A DNA stretch of 44,858 nt from contig MEDY01000250.1 in assembly GCA_001724265.1 (NCBI GenBank), forward strand, positions 1-44,858, written 5' to 3'. Position 1 is the stretch's first letter. Each line of letters opens with the position of its first letter. The notes under the pieces are model-generated. The model did no database searches and was not told the origin of the DNA. It saw only the letters and a list, made by a program, of their open reading frames with translations. Shown here in pieces: positions 13,201-25,200 of this stretch. This DNA is from Rhizaria sp. SCN 62-66 (lineage: Eukaryota). Both the position numbers and the translations under genes were made by a program.

Positions 13201-16200
13201 GCTGAGATTCCACGGCTTAACTTAACTGCTGGCGCGTCGGCTGCAGCGGGTTCCCAGGCTGCAGATACGGTCGCGATGGTTGACATGACTACTGATGTGG
13301 CTGTTCCGATGCAGAACATGACTAACGCTTTGTCTGCACGCGCTGCGTTCATCGCTGCGTCGGACACTCCGACTTCAGTCGGTGCTAGTCCTACCTCCGA
13401 GACGAAACTGCAGCATCAGAGTGTGTTTGATGTCCTACAGTCGGAGGGGGTGTCGACAGTTGCCCCCACGATTTTTTCTGCGAAGGACAGTGTTGGCTCA
13501 ACCGTGAGCTATCTCTTCGCTGGTTACAAGTCGCTTGGATGCCAAGGGTACCTCAAGCAGCGTCTCGCTGTTGCAGAACGCGCTGAGGCATTTGCGGTAC
13601 AGTCACTTGCTGATAGCGTGACAACAGGTATTCGCTCTGTCCACATCTGCTCTGCGGCCTGCAACAAGCCCACAACTCCACATTGCAACAATAACAGCAA
13701 CAGCAACATTAATGACAACAGCTCGCACCCTGTTGGAGCTCACGTTTGCCCGCAGTCCCAGAACACGATCCCAACTGTCCTTACTCCTGTTTTTGCACAA
13801 TCGATCGCACTCACAATTCCGACGATCCGCGTTTTCCTGCGCTCGTCAGCTCTTCCTCTAGTGTCACTCCGCGATCTAGCGGTCTCCGGGACCATGATGC
13901 TCGCATCAGCGCCATCTCCCGCTCTTGCGCTTTCGACTGCCCGCTCTGCAACAATTTCGCTTGATAATGTCCAGAAAACACCAGTGCCTACTTCGGTGGC
14001 AGCTATGGAGCGGTTTCCTTACCACATGTTCATGGATATGGATGTGCACCTTGGTGGCGTCGGCGCTTCTTTTGCTCCATCTTTCCTGGCAGCACTGCGC
14101 GACACTCTGATTCTCGGACAAGTCTTGATCCCGCCGCTGCCGCCACTTGCAACTGTAATGGATTTGATCGACGTAGTAGCTGCTGGTGATAACATGGCCA
14201 CGTGGACTGGAGCTGGGGCAAGTAATGCGGACGATGTTAAGAACAACAGCGATGGTACAAGACCGAGCGTTGGCGTCAATGCGTCATCCCACTCAATTAT
14301 TGACACGCTGAGTGACGATGACGAAGATGATGCTGTTCTTGCTGACATGATTTCCCGCTCGTCAAACTACAACAACAAATTGGAGACCCTAAAGACATCT
14401 CAGACAAATGCAGCTGGCTCTGCACTGCCACTCTCTGTTCAATTCCCGTCGCCTTTAGACCTCCTCAGGGCTTGCATCCATCCAACTATTACTGTTGCTG
14501 TTGACAGCGTCGATGCATTTTTGCTCACTGAAGACGTCAACGCAGTTACTTCTGAGCCTGATGGTCGCATCCGTGCGCTTGCTCAGGCTGTTGCCGATGC
14601 GGCTGCAAATTCTCAGTCTTTAGAGGCAGCTGTTGAAGCCGCTACAACTGCATACAATGCATTTGTTTCTGCCTTCAGCCCGGGTTCTGCCTTAGCGGTC
14701 GCAGCAGCTGCACAACAGCAGCAGCAACAAAAGCAAGCGCAGCAGCAGCAAGAGCAACCGGCTGAGAGTGCTGACGACGCAGCAGCAGCCTCGGTACCGC
14801 CAATGCCATCCCCTGTGTCAGCTGGTTCTGGTAGCGACATCAGTGTTTCTATTGGTGCTGCTGGCGCTCGTGCAGGTGGTGTGGCGGCAAGCGGAGGTGA
14901 AGGTCGCTTATTCACCCAACCCCACGACCCTATTGGCCGCTTCCGCGACGAAGGCGCTGCCGTTGAGGAGGACCCTGTGGTCACCTGGGGACGTATTGCG
15001 AAGGAAATTATCTCACCGACTTCACCGTCGCGAGATCATATTGCGACTATGGCTAGTGCCGGACAAGTCGATACTCGCAACACTGTTGTCGAAGACGATA
15101 ACAGCGCTCAGATGCTTGACAGTGTTGGAAAGCCAATGTCATGGTCGTTGCCGTACTTGGCATCGACTGCAGGTACAGTGCTTGCAGCTGTAGCTGCTGA
15201 GGCTGCGGAAGAGGACAGCCGCGCGTGGTCTCCGCCTGACGCACGCTCGTTATTCTCGTCTCTCGTGCACTCGCCACATCTTGCGTTGCTATTTGCGCGC
15301 GATCTCTTGGTCCCACACATCAATGTCTCAGTCTTTTCGATCCAAGTCTCGATTGTCGCGGGTGTTATTCGTGTCAGCACAGGTACTGTCTCTGTGCTGC
15401 CGATCACTCCACACGAGGTCGGACTCATGGCAGCTCATACCCAGTCGAAGGAAGGTGAGTGGTTCCGCGAGGCGACACGGCACGCGTTTGCCCGTGTTGA
15501 GTCATACCGCAACTCAATCTTACGCGCCTTCCGCCTCTCGCGCTGGGCGGACGCAAAGGGCGTTCTAGGGTGGTCATCTGCTTCAGCGTTAGAAGCGGAG
15601 GCGACTCGACACAGTAATGCTCAAACGATGAAGGGTATGGACTGTCGTGTGTCTGCAGCGTGGAGTGATTTTACTCTGGACCCTCCCTTGAGCGCAGCGT
15701 CTTCAGTACCCGGTCTTATGACGCTATATGGTGGCTGCATCAGGGCTACACGAGCGCGCCCGCTGGTGCGCATTCCTTCGTGTTCTCTTGCGATCGCGAT
15801 CAAATGGCAAGTCGTAGAGCATGCTAACGCTCTCGCTCTCGCTGTGAGGCATGATCCACTGACGAACGATACGTCACTGCCTGGGAACGCAACCACTGCT
15901 TTTGCGGATAATGTCTCTGGAGCAAATCCAGCCGTTGACACTAAGGTGTCGAAGAGTCAGCGTCGCCAGCAATACATGAGCCGCAGCCGCTCTGCAGCAC
16001 TCGCACTGAAGGAGACTGCGACACTAGCGCTTCGCCCGACGATGGTGCGTCAGAGCATTGCACACGTGGTTTTGTACGTGACAGTTGGTACTGTTGCACC
16101 TGAATCTGCTGCGATGCTTGTTGCACCGGATGGAGATCCCGTCACTGTTGCTGATGCAGCCGCTGCTGCTGCCGAGGCTGCTGCTTACAACACAGGCTGT

Positions 16201-19200
16201 GCTGACGCGGATTTTACTGCATATGCCAAAAACAACCTTGCAGCTGTCATGACTGGCGCTGGGCCGTACCCTGCTGTTGCCCTGGCTAAAGAAGCTGGGT
16301 TTGCACTTCCAGATATGCCTATCAAGAGTGTTTGCGCTGGCTGCGGCCACTATCCGGAGGCAAAGAAAGGGTCCGGAGCATGTTTGAGCTCTGAGACTCT
16401 GACCAGAAATGGCACCAACAACGACAATACCGGTCGTAAGTCAAAGGACACTGTTGCTGCCGGCCGCGATCGAAGCAACATTGTCACAATTGATCTCTTC
16501 ACCCAGACTGTGCCATTCCTAGTCAAATTTCTATCACGCTACCTTACGACTACCGTTGCTGCACCACTCGTTTCGTGCCAGCCTTTGGTCTCTGTGCGCC
16601 GAGCTGGTACGCAGGCGGAGTCAGAGTCAGGTGCTGCACTTTATTCGTTGTTGTCACAGCGCGCAGATAAGCTTTCCGTTACGAGTAGTAGTTCAACGGC
16701 TGCGGCCGCAGCTAGCTTTGATGTAAGTAGCCACAATACCATTTCTGGATCTGATGCGTACGACAATGAGGTGATGCAAGCTGATGGCCTGCGCTTCCGT
16801 CATCACAGTGACATATACGACAACAACGATCAGGACAACAACCACGACGATAGCATTGCCTCTATCGAAGGCGATCTTAACGATACGATTGACGACGGCG
16901 ACGATAGTGACTCTATATCATCCCAAAGCACCGCGTCCGCGACCGACTTGGCTTCCTGGGACGCATCGTTTAGCCTTAGTCTTGACGCATTGCCTCCCGC
17001 TGCTGTCACCGGTGACAACTCGTTCGATATGCCTCGTCCGGAGGTTCTTATGCACGCAGAGGCACCAACTCTTAGAGTGGTCAATGGCCAAAATCTCCCC
17101 GCGTTGCAGCTGACTCGACAGCGGTCCTCGAGTGAGACCTACGACAGCGCTTCAAGCAAGCACCAACAGCCTGATGATCGCATTAACTTAACTCCGACGG
17201 CGACTGCATTTGCTACTCCGACGCGCTCTCGTCCCGGTCTCCACATAACTCTCGGAGGTGTGCCAACTAGCCCGACCACAAGCTATAAGCGCTGGAACGC
17301 TCTTTCTGAGGCTCAAAACCAAGTGCCGTTACCAGGACCGACACCACGGTATCAGCGACAACACGCGGGTCCAGTTGCAGTTCCAACTGGTGCTGTTCCA
17401 ACACCGTCAGAGGATAACAACCGATCCACACGGTCACCGCTCACGGTCACCGTTGTGCGACTTGGCTCTGTCCACGTTGAGCAAGTCACGGTCGGTGCTG
17501 TTGCAATGACAGTATGGGGAAGTCAGCCTGATACCCCGTCACGTGGAGTTGTAGTTGGTGTTGAAAGTGTTGCATTGCGTGTTGTATTGTGGGATGATCA
17601 AGTGCGTGACATGTGTGTTCGCACATTGCTTGCTTCCCAGCAACTTCACCAACAGCAGAAGCAATGTCAGTATTCAACTTCGTCAGCTGCCGTTGATACT
17701 GAGCTGGACCCACCTGCGTGGTTGCCGCAGCTGGGTGGTGGTGAGGCCCTTTGGTCCTCGATCGTTCCATCTACACGTGTCCGCTCTGCATTCTTTAGTG
17801 ATATTGCACACTCTCTCCTCAGCAACACCACGTTCACGAGCTCAAGTGCACCTTCTGAGCAGGAGGCTGTTGATGCGGTGACCGACGCTGCTACGGTTGT
17901 GTCGACGAGCTCGTGTCCATTCCCTATCCCTCCAGCCACACATACGTTTGGCTGGTTGCGCACAGCGCTTGTGCCACTTCCTCTCCCACCTCTATGCATT
18001 GCGACGCACGAGGCGCCTTTCGGAAGCGTCACCGCACTTCCACTCGCGTGTCCTGTTCTACTGGGAGAGCAAAGGCTTGCACTCAAGGCGTGTCGTAAAC
18101 TGCTTAAGGTCGGTGCACCTGTTTTTGTGGTGCCTGATTCATGCACAAATAAGTCGCATCATGATGCGAGTCAACGTGCGTCGCATCATGACGCGAGTCA
18201 ACGTGCGACGGAGGCTGGCGCTTCTCAGTCCAAGTTTGAGGCACCACCGAGCAGTACCCGGGCAGCGATGCGCGAAGACTGGTCATTTGCAGAGCTACCA
18301 AAAGCAACTGTCACTGACGCTGATACTGCCACTCCCAGCTCTGTTAGGCAACTCCCGACGTCCTACGCTTTCGGCAGCAATCCTAACGCCACCGCTGGTA
18401 ACAAGACCATTGCAAGCAACGCCGAAACGTCCCCAACGCACAGTCTTGCGTCGTACTTGCCGCAAGACAGCGACTTTATCTTGGCGCCATTGCTTTCCCC
18501 GCTCCCTGCGCCAACATATTCACTATCTGCGCTCACTCACTCGGCGTCCGGTGTCAAGGTTGCCGTTGTGTCGACTGTTGCCCGTCGTCGCGCTGACGCA
18601 GCAGTCGGCTCAGCATGGGCCCGATGGACATCGCCGGACTGCACGATTGTCGCAACATGGGAAAACGAGCGCCATAACCTGGGTCGCGGCTTCTCAAAGC
18701 GTTTCTTGCTCCCGACTGATCGTCCTCACTTTAGCACACAGGATGGCGATCGCGCACTGCCGCGTTCTGCTGTGACGCTGCCATCCTCAGCATGGGTGTG
18801 GGAAACACCTTGGATGGTTGACACACTGATTCGCGAACCCGGCACTGTGGACGCGGAAGGGTGGGAGTATGCGCACGATTTCCCACGTCAGTTTAGTGGA
18901 ACCGAAGCGTGGTACTCGAACGTACGGCGCAGGAGGTGGATTCGAGTCCGTCGCCTAGTTAACCCAGAGAGTAGAGACACGGTGTCTGCTAAAACCGGCT
19001 TTACTAGCAACAGCGTTTCTTCGGGCGCTCCAGTTGGCGCACAGCCGAGCGATTTTATTTCGCCTCAGTCAAGCACTGCTACTACCCAGCCTCATGCAAG
19101 CCCCACTACTGCGTCTTCTACTGCAAGCCGTGCCGTCAATGAAGGATCGAACACTGGCGCTCCCAATCTGGCGCAAATGATGTTGCCAAAGGGGTTGATC

Positions 19201-22200
19201 ACGTACGACGCAGACGCAGAGCGCATAGAGGAGGAAGAGAAGCAAGACAAGCAGAAAAAGAAGCGCTCATTCCTCTCGCGCTATAACGAGAAGATGGTGC
19301 TTAAGTTTGGGAGGATTTTTGGTCGTTTCAACCGACCGACGAAGGATGGTTCCGTCGTCGTCACTGCCGCCGAAGCCTCCGCTGCGGCAGCGGCTCGCGA
19401 GGCTGCGGAGAGCACTGCGACTTTATCAGCGGCACCTTCTGCTGCCGTTGTCTCACCAACTGGCACTGGCTCAGGAGTGCCAGCTGACGTAGTGACTGGA
19501 AACATGAGTCGTACGAGTATTGCTAGTAGTAACACTAGTTCGTCCGATTTTGTGAGCCCAATTGACGCAGATGTTCTGCTGGCCAACGACCTGCAACCAC
19601 AATCGTCTCACAAAACTCCGCCTTCGATGGTGTCTCGCAGCATTGCAAAATTTGGCGATACCGTAAAGGCCAACGCAATCGAAAACGATTCTAGCCACAG
19701 TATCACTTTTGAGCAAGAAGCGATCATTGTGCCAGATCTAATGACCCACGATGTTTACCAATGTGTATGCTGTTACACTATTGACCCGACGAATACTGAC
19801 AATAACAGTAACAGTCGCTGCCCTGACCCAGCCACTTCTGGAACTCAGGACATTACCACCCTTCTCTCGTTTTATTACGACGACGGGCACGCTCGTTGTG
19901 ATAATGGACCTTCTACGAATCAGGCAACGAGCACTCTCTCGTCGTGTTGCACCAACTGTGGGAGTACCACAACAAGCGCTCTTCGCACACGCCCCCGGTC
20001 GGCGGATCCTTACATCGACTATGACGCTCCGCTAGATGAAGTCACTATCATATCTGTTGCGATTGTTGCAGTCACACAGCGACCTCATTACACTCCCTAC
20101 CCAATCGCGACAGCTGATCCGACTTATGCGGCTCACCTGAACGGCTACATGCGTAGCATTTTCTCGCACATGAACACTGTTGCCATGTCTCGGAATATGA
20201 CTGACATCTCTGCTGCGCGAGGCGCGGTGCGAGCATCACCCTTGATGCCAGCGACTGAGATCTTGCCAGTTTTAGTGTTCCGCAGCGTTGTATCAGTGTC
20301 TTCTTGGTCGCATCCGCTGTGGCGTGCTGCTCCGGATCCCGGACTCGTCATCGGCAACCGTGGTACTAGCGCACATGCTGCTGATTATAGTCGACCTAGT
20401 GTGGTTCGCCTGGGGACACCACACGTGAGGATTAGTCCGGCTGCGACTGCCTGCGTTGCGATGCGTGGACACACGCACACCCTCTCAGTTGTGACTGGAC
20501 GCCACTTGTCGATGTCGCCACAGTCTCAGCTTTCTCCGTCACGGAAATTAAAGTCGCACACGAGGCCGAAGCATACATTGCGTTTGCGGCCGCACCGCCC
20601 GACGGACTACGTATATAGTGGAAACGTTGTTAGCATTCCATCGGCTCACAGCGCAAGCCTCCCATCTGTTTCACTGTCGTTCACCCAGCTTCGCCGCCGA
20701 CTCACCGCGTTGTTCGCGCAACATCTTGGCGACTACGGCAGCCCGCTCCTTCGAGTGGTAACACCTGCGACAAGTGCATCAGCTGCAATTGTGAGCACAA
20801 TTGCTGCTGCGGTCACGGGAGCAACATCCAACGATACAGATGTTGCGAAGGCTTTTAATGCTGCAACAGCACCAGGACTTGTTTCTGCGATTAGCGCTTT
20901 ACAACTTACTGTCTCTGCGGCTTCCGCAAATGCGTACAATCACACACTCTGCCACAGCCACATTGATACCGCGACGCTGATGGCCGACAAGTGGGTCACA
21001 AACAAATTCATGCGGACAGGCGCGCTTGCGAGGCATGATGTCACAACCCCTTCTGGTGTCTCAAGTAGGGAGAGTGCGTTAACAGGTTTCAAGAAGGTGC
21101 TGTATATTGTTTCCGAAGAAGTATCGACTGATCTTGCGGCTAACATCAATCATACGACAAACAACACAAATGTTGCATCTGCTAGCATCAAGCAGTCCGA
21201 TGCGATCACTGCACCTGATATGTCGATCACGATGCCTGCGCTACGTGTGGCCGCTATGAAGCAGGCCAGGCTCCACTTATCACACGAGTTGCGTACTGCC
21301 GATGTCCAATCACTTGTCTTGTCACCAGCAGCGATTCTGACTGCGTGGCCTATCGGATTTGCACAACTTTGCACGCCAGCCTCCGTAGCTGCTGGTGCAC
21401 ACGCAGCCCATCTTATGTCAAATGCCCCAGCTACAGTGACATCCGACGCGACCGCTACTGCGGCTGGTAAGGACAGTTTATCTGCTGGTCCTGTGCTGAT
21501 GTTGTGTCCTCGTCCAGTCACCTTCCTTCGCTACGACATCGGGAGCAGCAGTATGAACGCCATGGCATCAATTACAACAGGGTTGACTCTTGCAACTGCA
21601 GTATCTTCCTCCGTTGCGAGTCGCATTCTGACGCAACTTTCTAGCCAACTAACTGCACCCACAGTCAATGATATCGCAGCGGCGTTTATGACTGTGCTGT
21701 CGCGCTATGTTGCAGATACTACAACACTGCGCCCGCAACCGCCTCACGCAGTTTCGGTTGCTTCACCACGCGCATATCTTTCGCCCCGCGGTCTCGAAAT
21801 GGTCTCCGAAGTCGCAATGGCCTACAAGCGTGTGGTTGAGAACCCTGATTTGTATGCTATGGTCGAGACTGTGCTTACATTCATGCTTGGTCGCTCTCTC
21901 TTAGATACGGCGACAAGGCAACGCCAGGGCCGTGCTGCAGAGGTCACCGCTAGTAGGATGCGTGCTTCAATGGAGTTTAGTGCTTATCAGGATCATGACA
22001 CCAGTGATGAAGACAGGAATGACTACGATTACTCAGCCGAGCACAGCGATGATAATGAACGTGACTGGTTGCAATGCGACAATTCTACTTTCACGCGATC
22101 TGCGACTGAGTTTAGTAGCTCATCAAAACAACAGCAACAACAACTTCCCCGTTGGCGTCGTTCCCGCGCAACTGTTGGATCGGCGTTGAACTCATCAGAC

Positions 22201-25200
22201 TTTTTAACTCCAGCCAACGGCGAGCCAGATTCTCTCACAGACGATGTCAGTAGTGAGTCAGTTACAAGCGCTATGTCTTCCTTCAGCAGTGGCAGCGAGT
22301 CTGACGCAAACTCCAGCTCTACTGACATTAGTGACAGCGATTCTGGCAGCCGTTCGGACAGCGAATCTTCTCGCACCGATAATTCTAGCGACGATGACGA
22401 CAGTGGCTATCGTACCAGTAACACGCACGCATCGAGTTTTTCCGGCAGTCGGTACTACACTGCAAAGCCAACGGCTGGTGGTGGAAAGACAAGTCGCATT
22501 CCGCGTAAAGTAGCCCGACCTACTTCGACCGCTGCAGCAGTTGCTGATACTCCCCACAGCACAAAGGAAGTGTCTGTCTCGTTTTGGCTTGCACACCAGC
22601 GCCGTCGTGTACGTGCTGCTGCGGTGCGCTGTATTCGTTCATCTACGGTCACTGAATTCGAACTTCAACAGCAAAAGCAACATTGCGCCACAACCACTTT
22701 AAGCGCTAAGACGCTGCAACCTTGGCCTACGCGCAAGACTCGCGAGTTCACCACAACGCCCGCGACGACGCAGATTACTCGATCCCACGATAGCCATGCT
22801 GGAGCGCGTGCGATGAGTCCCCCCGGTCCGAAGTCCGTGGCTGGAGTGCGTTACGCAGCTCGCGTTGCCGCGGCGCACCGCGCTTTGCTCGCCCTTTGCG
22901 GGCGGTGTGGTGGTGTCGGGTATGTCACAGCACCGCGGGGAGGACTTGAGACGCAGGGCCCTGGTCGGCTTGAAGCTATGCGCGATGGTGATGATGCTGG
23001 AGTGATCGCTGCTGTCCAAAACCTTGCTATGGTGAGCAAGGGCTCAGGAATGTTTGCGGGACTTCCGTCTCTCTACTTGCGTAACATCTCCACGGAAGGT
23101 ATTGTTTTAGCTGACACAGACACTGATAACGGATTCATCAAGACCCACTGTCACTTTGACAGCGATGAGTTCAGGGAGAACGGCCACGACAGTGTTTCGA
23201 GCACTGGTGCTAATCCTGATGTACGCTCTGTTTTGGCCGACTTGGATCACATTTTCAGCGGCTACCCGACTGTGGCAGCTGATGTAAGGTACCTGGTTAC
23301 CAGCAACCCTCTAACTGGTGGCCTGCAACATGAAGCTATCGACATGGGCTCTAATCTCAGTGCGGTTATGGCAGCGGCAAGCAACAGTAATAGCAGCAAA
23401 AACGATGCTCATTTGAGCGCTCAAATTATGCAGAACAATAATGATTCCGGGCATAATAGCATCCGACGTGGCCGCCGGTCTAACGGCATTTTGGCTAGCA
23501 CACTGAACAACGCTGCTGCAATCGTTGCTTCACTATGGTCGCCTGCCTCCTCACCACACAGTCGTACTGTGCATGGGTTGTCTCCCACCGCAGCTGCAGC
23601 TCTGGCTCTTCGTGACACCGCCGCGCGCGCAGCGATCTACGCCACTCCCGTCAGTGCGGGTCCTATCCTGGAGGGCGTTGCATTTAGTCCAGAAGAGACA
23701 ATCGTTCCCTGTCCGCTGTGCCGATGCTCAGCTGGCTCCATGCGTCGCGTAGCTGCGAGTTTGTCTGCCATTGGTGTTGGACTTAAACACTTTGCATTAC
23801 CTGCTGATAGCAATGCAGAGGCTGTCCTGAGTAGCCCGATTGAGACGAGCCCTGGTGGCGGTGGCATCGCTTCTGGAGATGCATTTACGACGACTGGCGA
23901 TGTTTGCGATCAGGAAGAGAAGGATGACGACAACACACTCAACGACAAAACAAATCCCCGCCACGGTCGTAAGGCGAAGGGTTCTTCCAGCCGTTCACTA
24001 GGTACGGAAGACCTCCACTCTGCAGACTTGACTCATAAACAGGAGTCAAATCTAAACATCACGCATAACAACAAGTTTGGCCAAATCCACCATAAGTTGC
24101 CGTCTGTCCCTGTGCCTCTGACTAGTACAAGTGCGACGACGGGGGCTACAACATTAGGCGTTAGTGCTGGATCTACTCGTACAACACAACAGATGGTGAC
24201 TGTCACTCTCCCTCAACGTCTACAGTGCACTGAGGCGATTTTTTCTTTCAATGTCACCGACGCTCAGGCTCAGCTGGATCACCGTGAGGCTCGTGCCCGC
24301 GGCACACTGTTATTTGCAGTGCAACAGGTCGGCTGTGTCATCAGGAATGAATGGGTAGCGCCTGTGCGCGTCTGGCCCGCTGCTGCTGTCACTGGTGGTA
24401 CTGATCAGACGGTTACATTTAAGACAAGTGTGATCACAACCAAGGGGATCAGGGGAAATGTTCATGATAGCCGGAGCGGTGTAACTTTAAACGCCGGAAC
24501 TAAACATAGTCACGACCAGCCTTCCCGCCCCTTTGCGCTTCCTCTTCTTCCTCCTGTATTGGCCGCTAAGACTGCTGCTTTGGCTGACTGTTTAGCGCGT
24601 GCGATTGCCCCACGTGTGTTTATGCTTCCATCTGCGCTGCATAGTGTTGCACCGATGTTGACTGTCACGGCAGCACAGGTTTTTGTTACCGCTGCTGATG
24701 TTGACGTCACATCTGGAGTCACATGGTACACTTCACCCGCTGCTCCTCAATCACGGGATCGCATGCGCGATAGTCTCTTCACAACAGCGGTAGACGTTAT
24801 TATGGCTGCTACTGCCGCCACAGCGGCTGGCAGCTCCGCCGCAGCAGCGCTTTGGCAGGTATCGCGTTCTGCTCGTGCAAACAACACCACGAGGTCGTCT
24901 CGTCAGCGGTCTACTGTACTTCGCCGTGCAGCAAGCAGCGGCGGTACAACCCCACAGGTTCCATCACCCAACGACGGTCGCACTAGCTCTTTGGCTGCAG
25001 CACCCATTGCTGGTCCTGCTAGACTCGGAGATGACACCTTGAGTGGCATTGGCGCACGTGACGTCGCAGGTGTTGAAGGCAGTGGAAATAGCACAAGAGT
25101 TGGGGGGAGCTTTGTGCACAGTCACTCTGGTGACGCCATCGACAACATTACTCCCCGTGATTCATCTGATAATATCGCTGCGATCCCTCTCGCCAACGTC

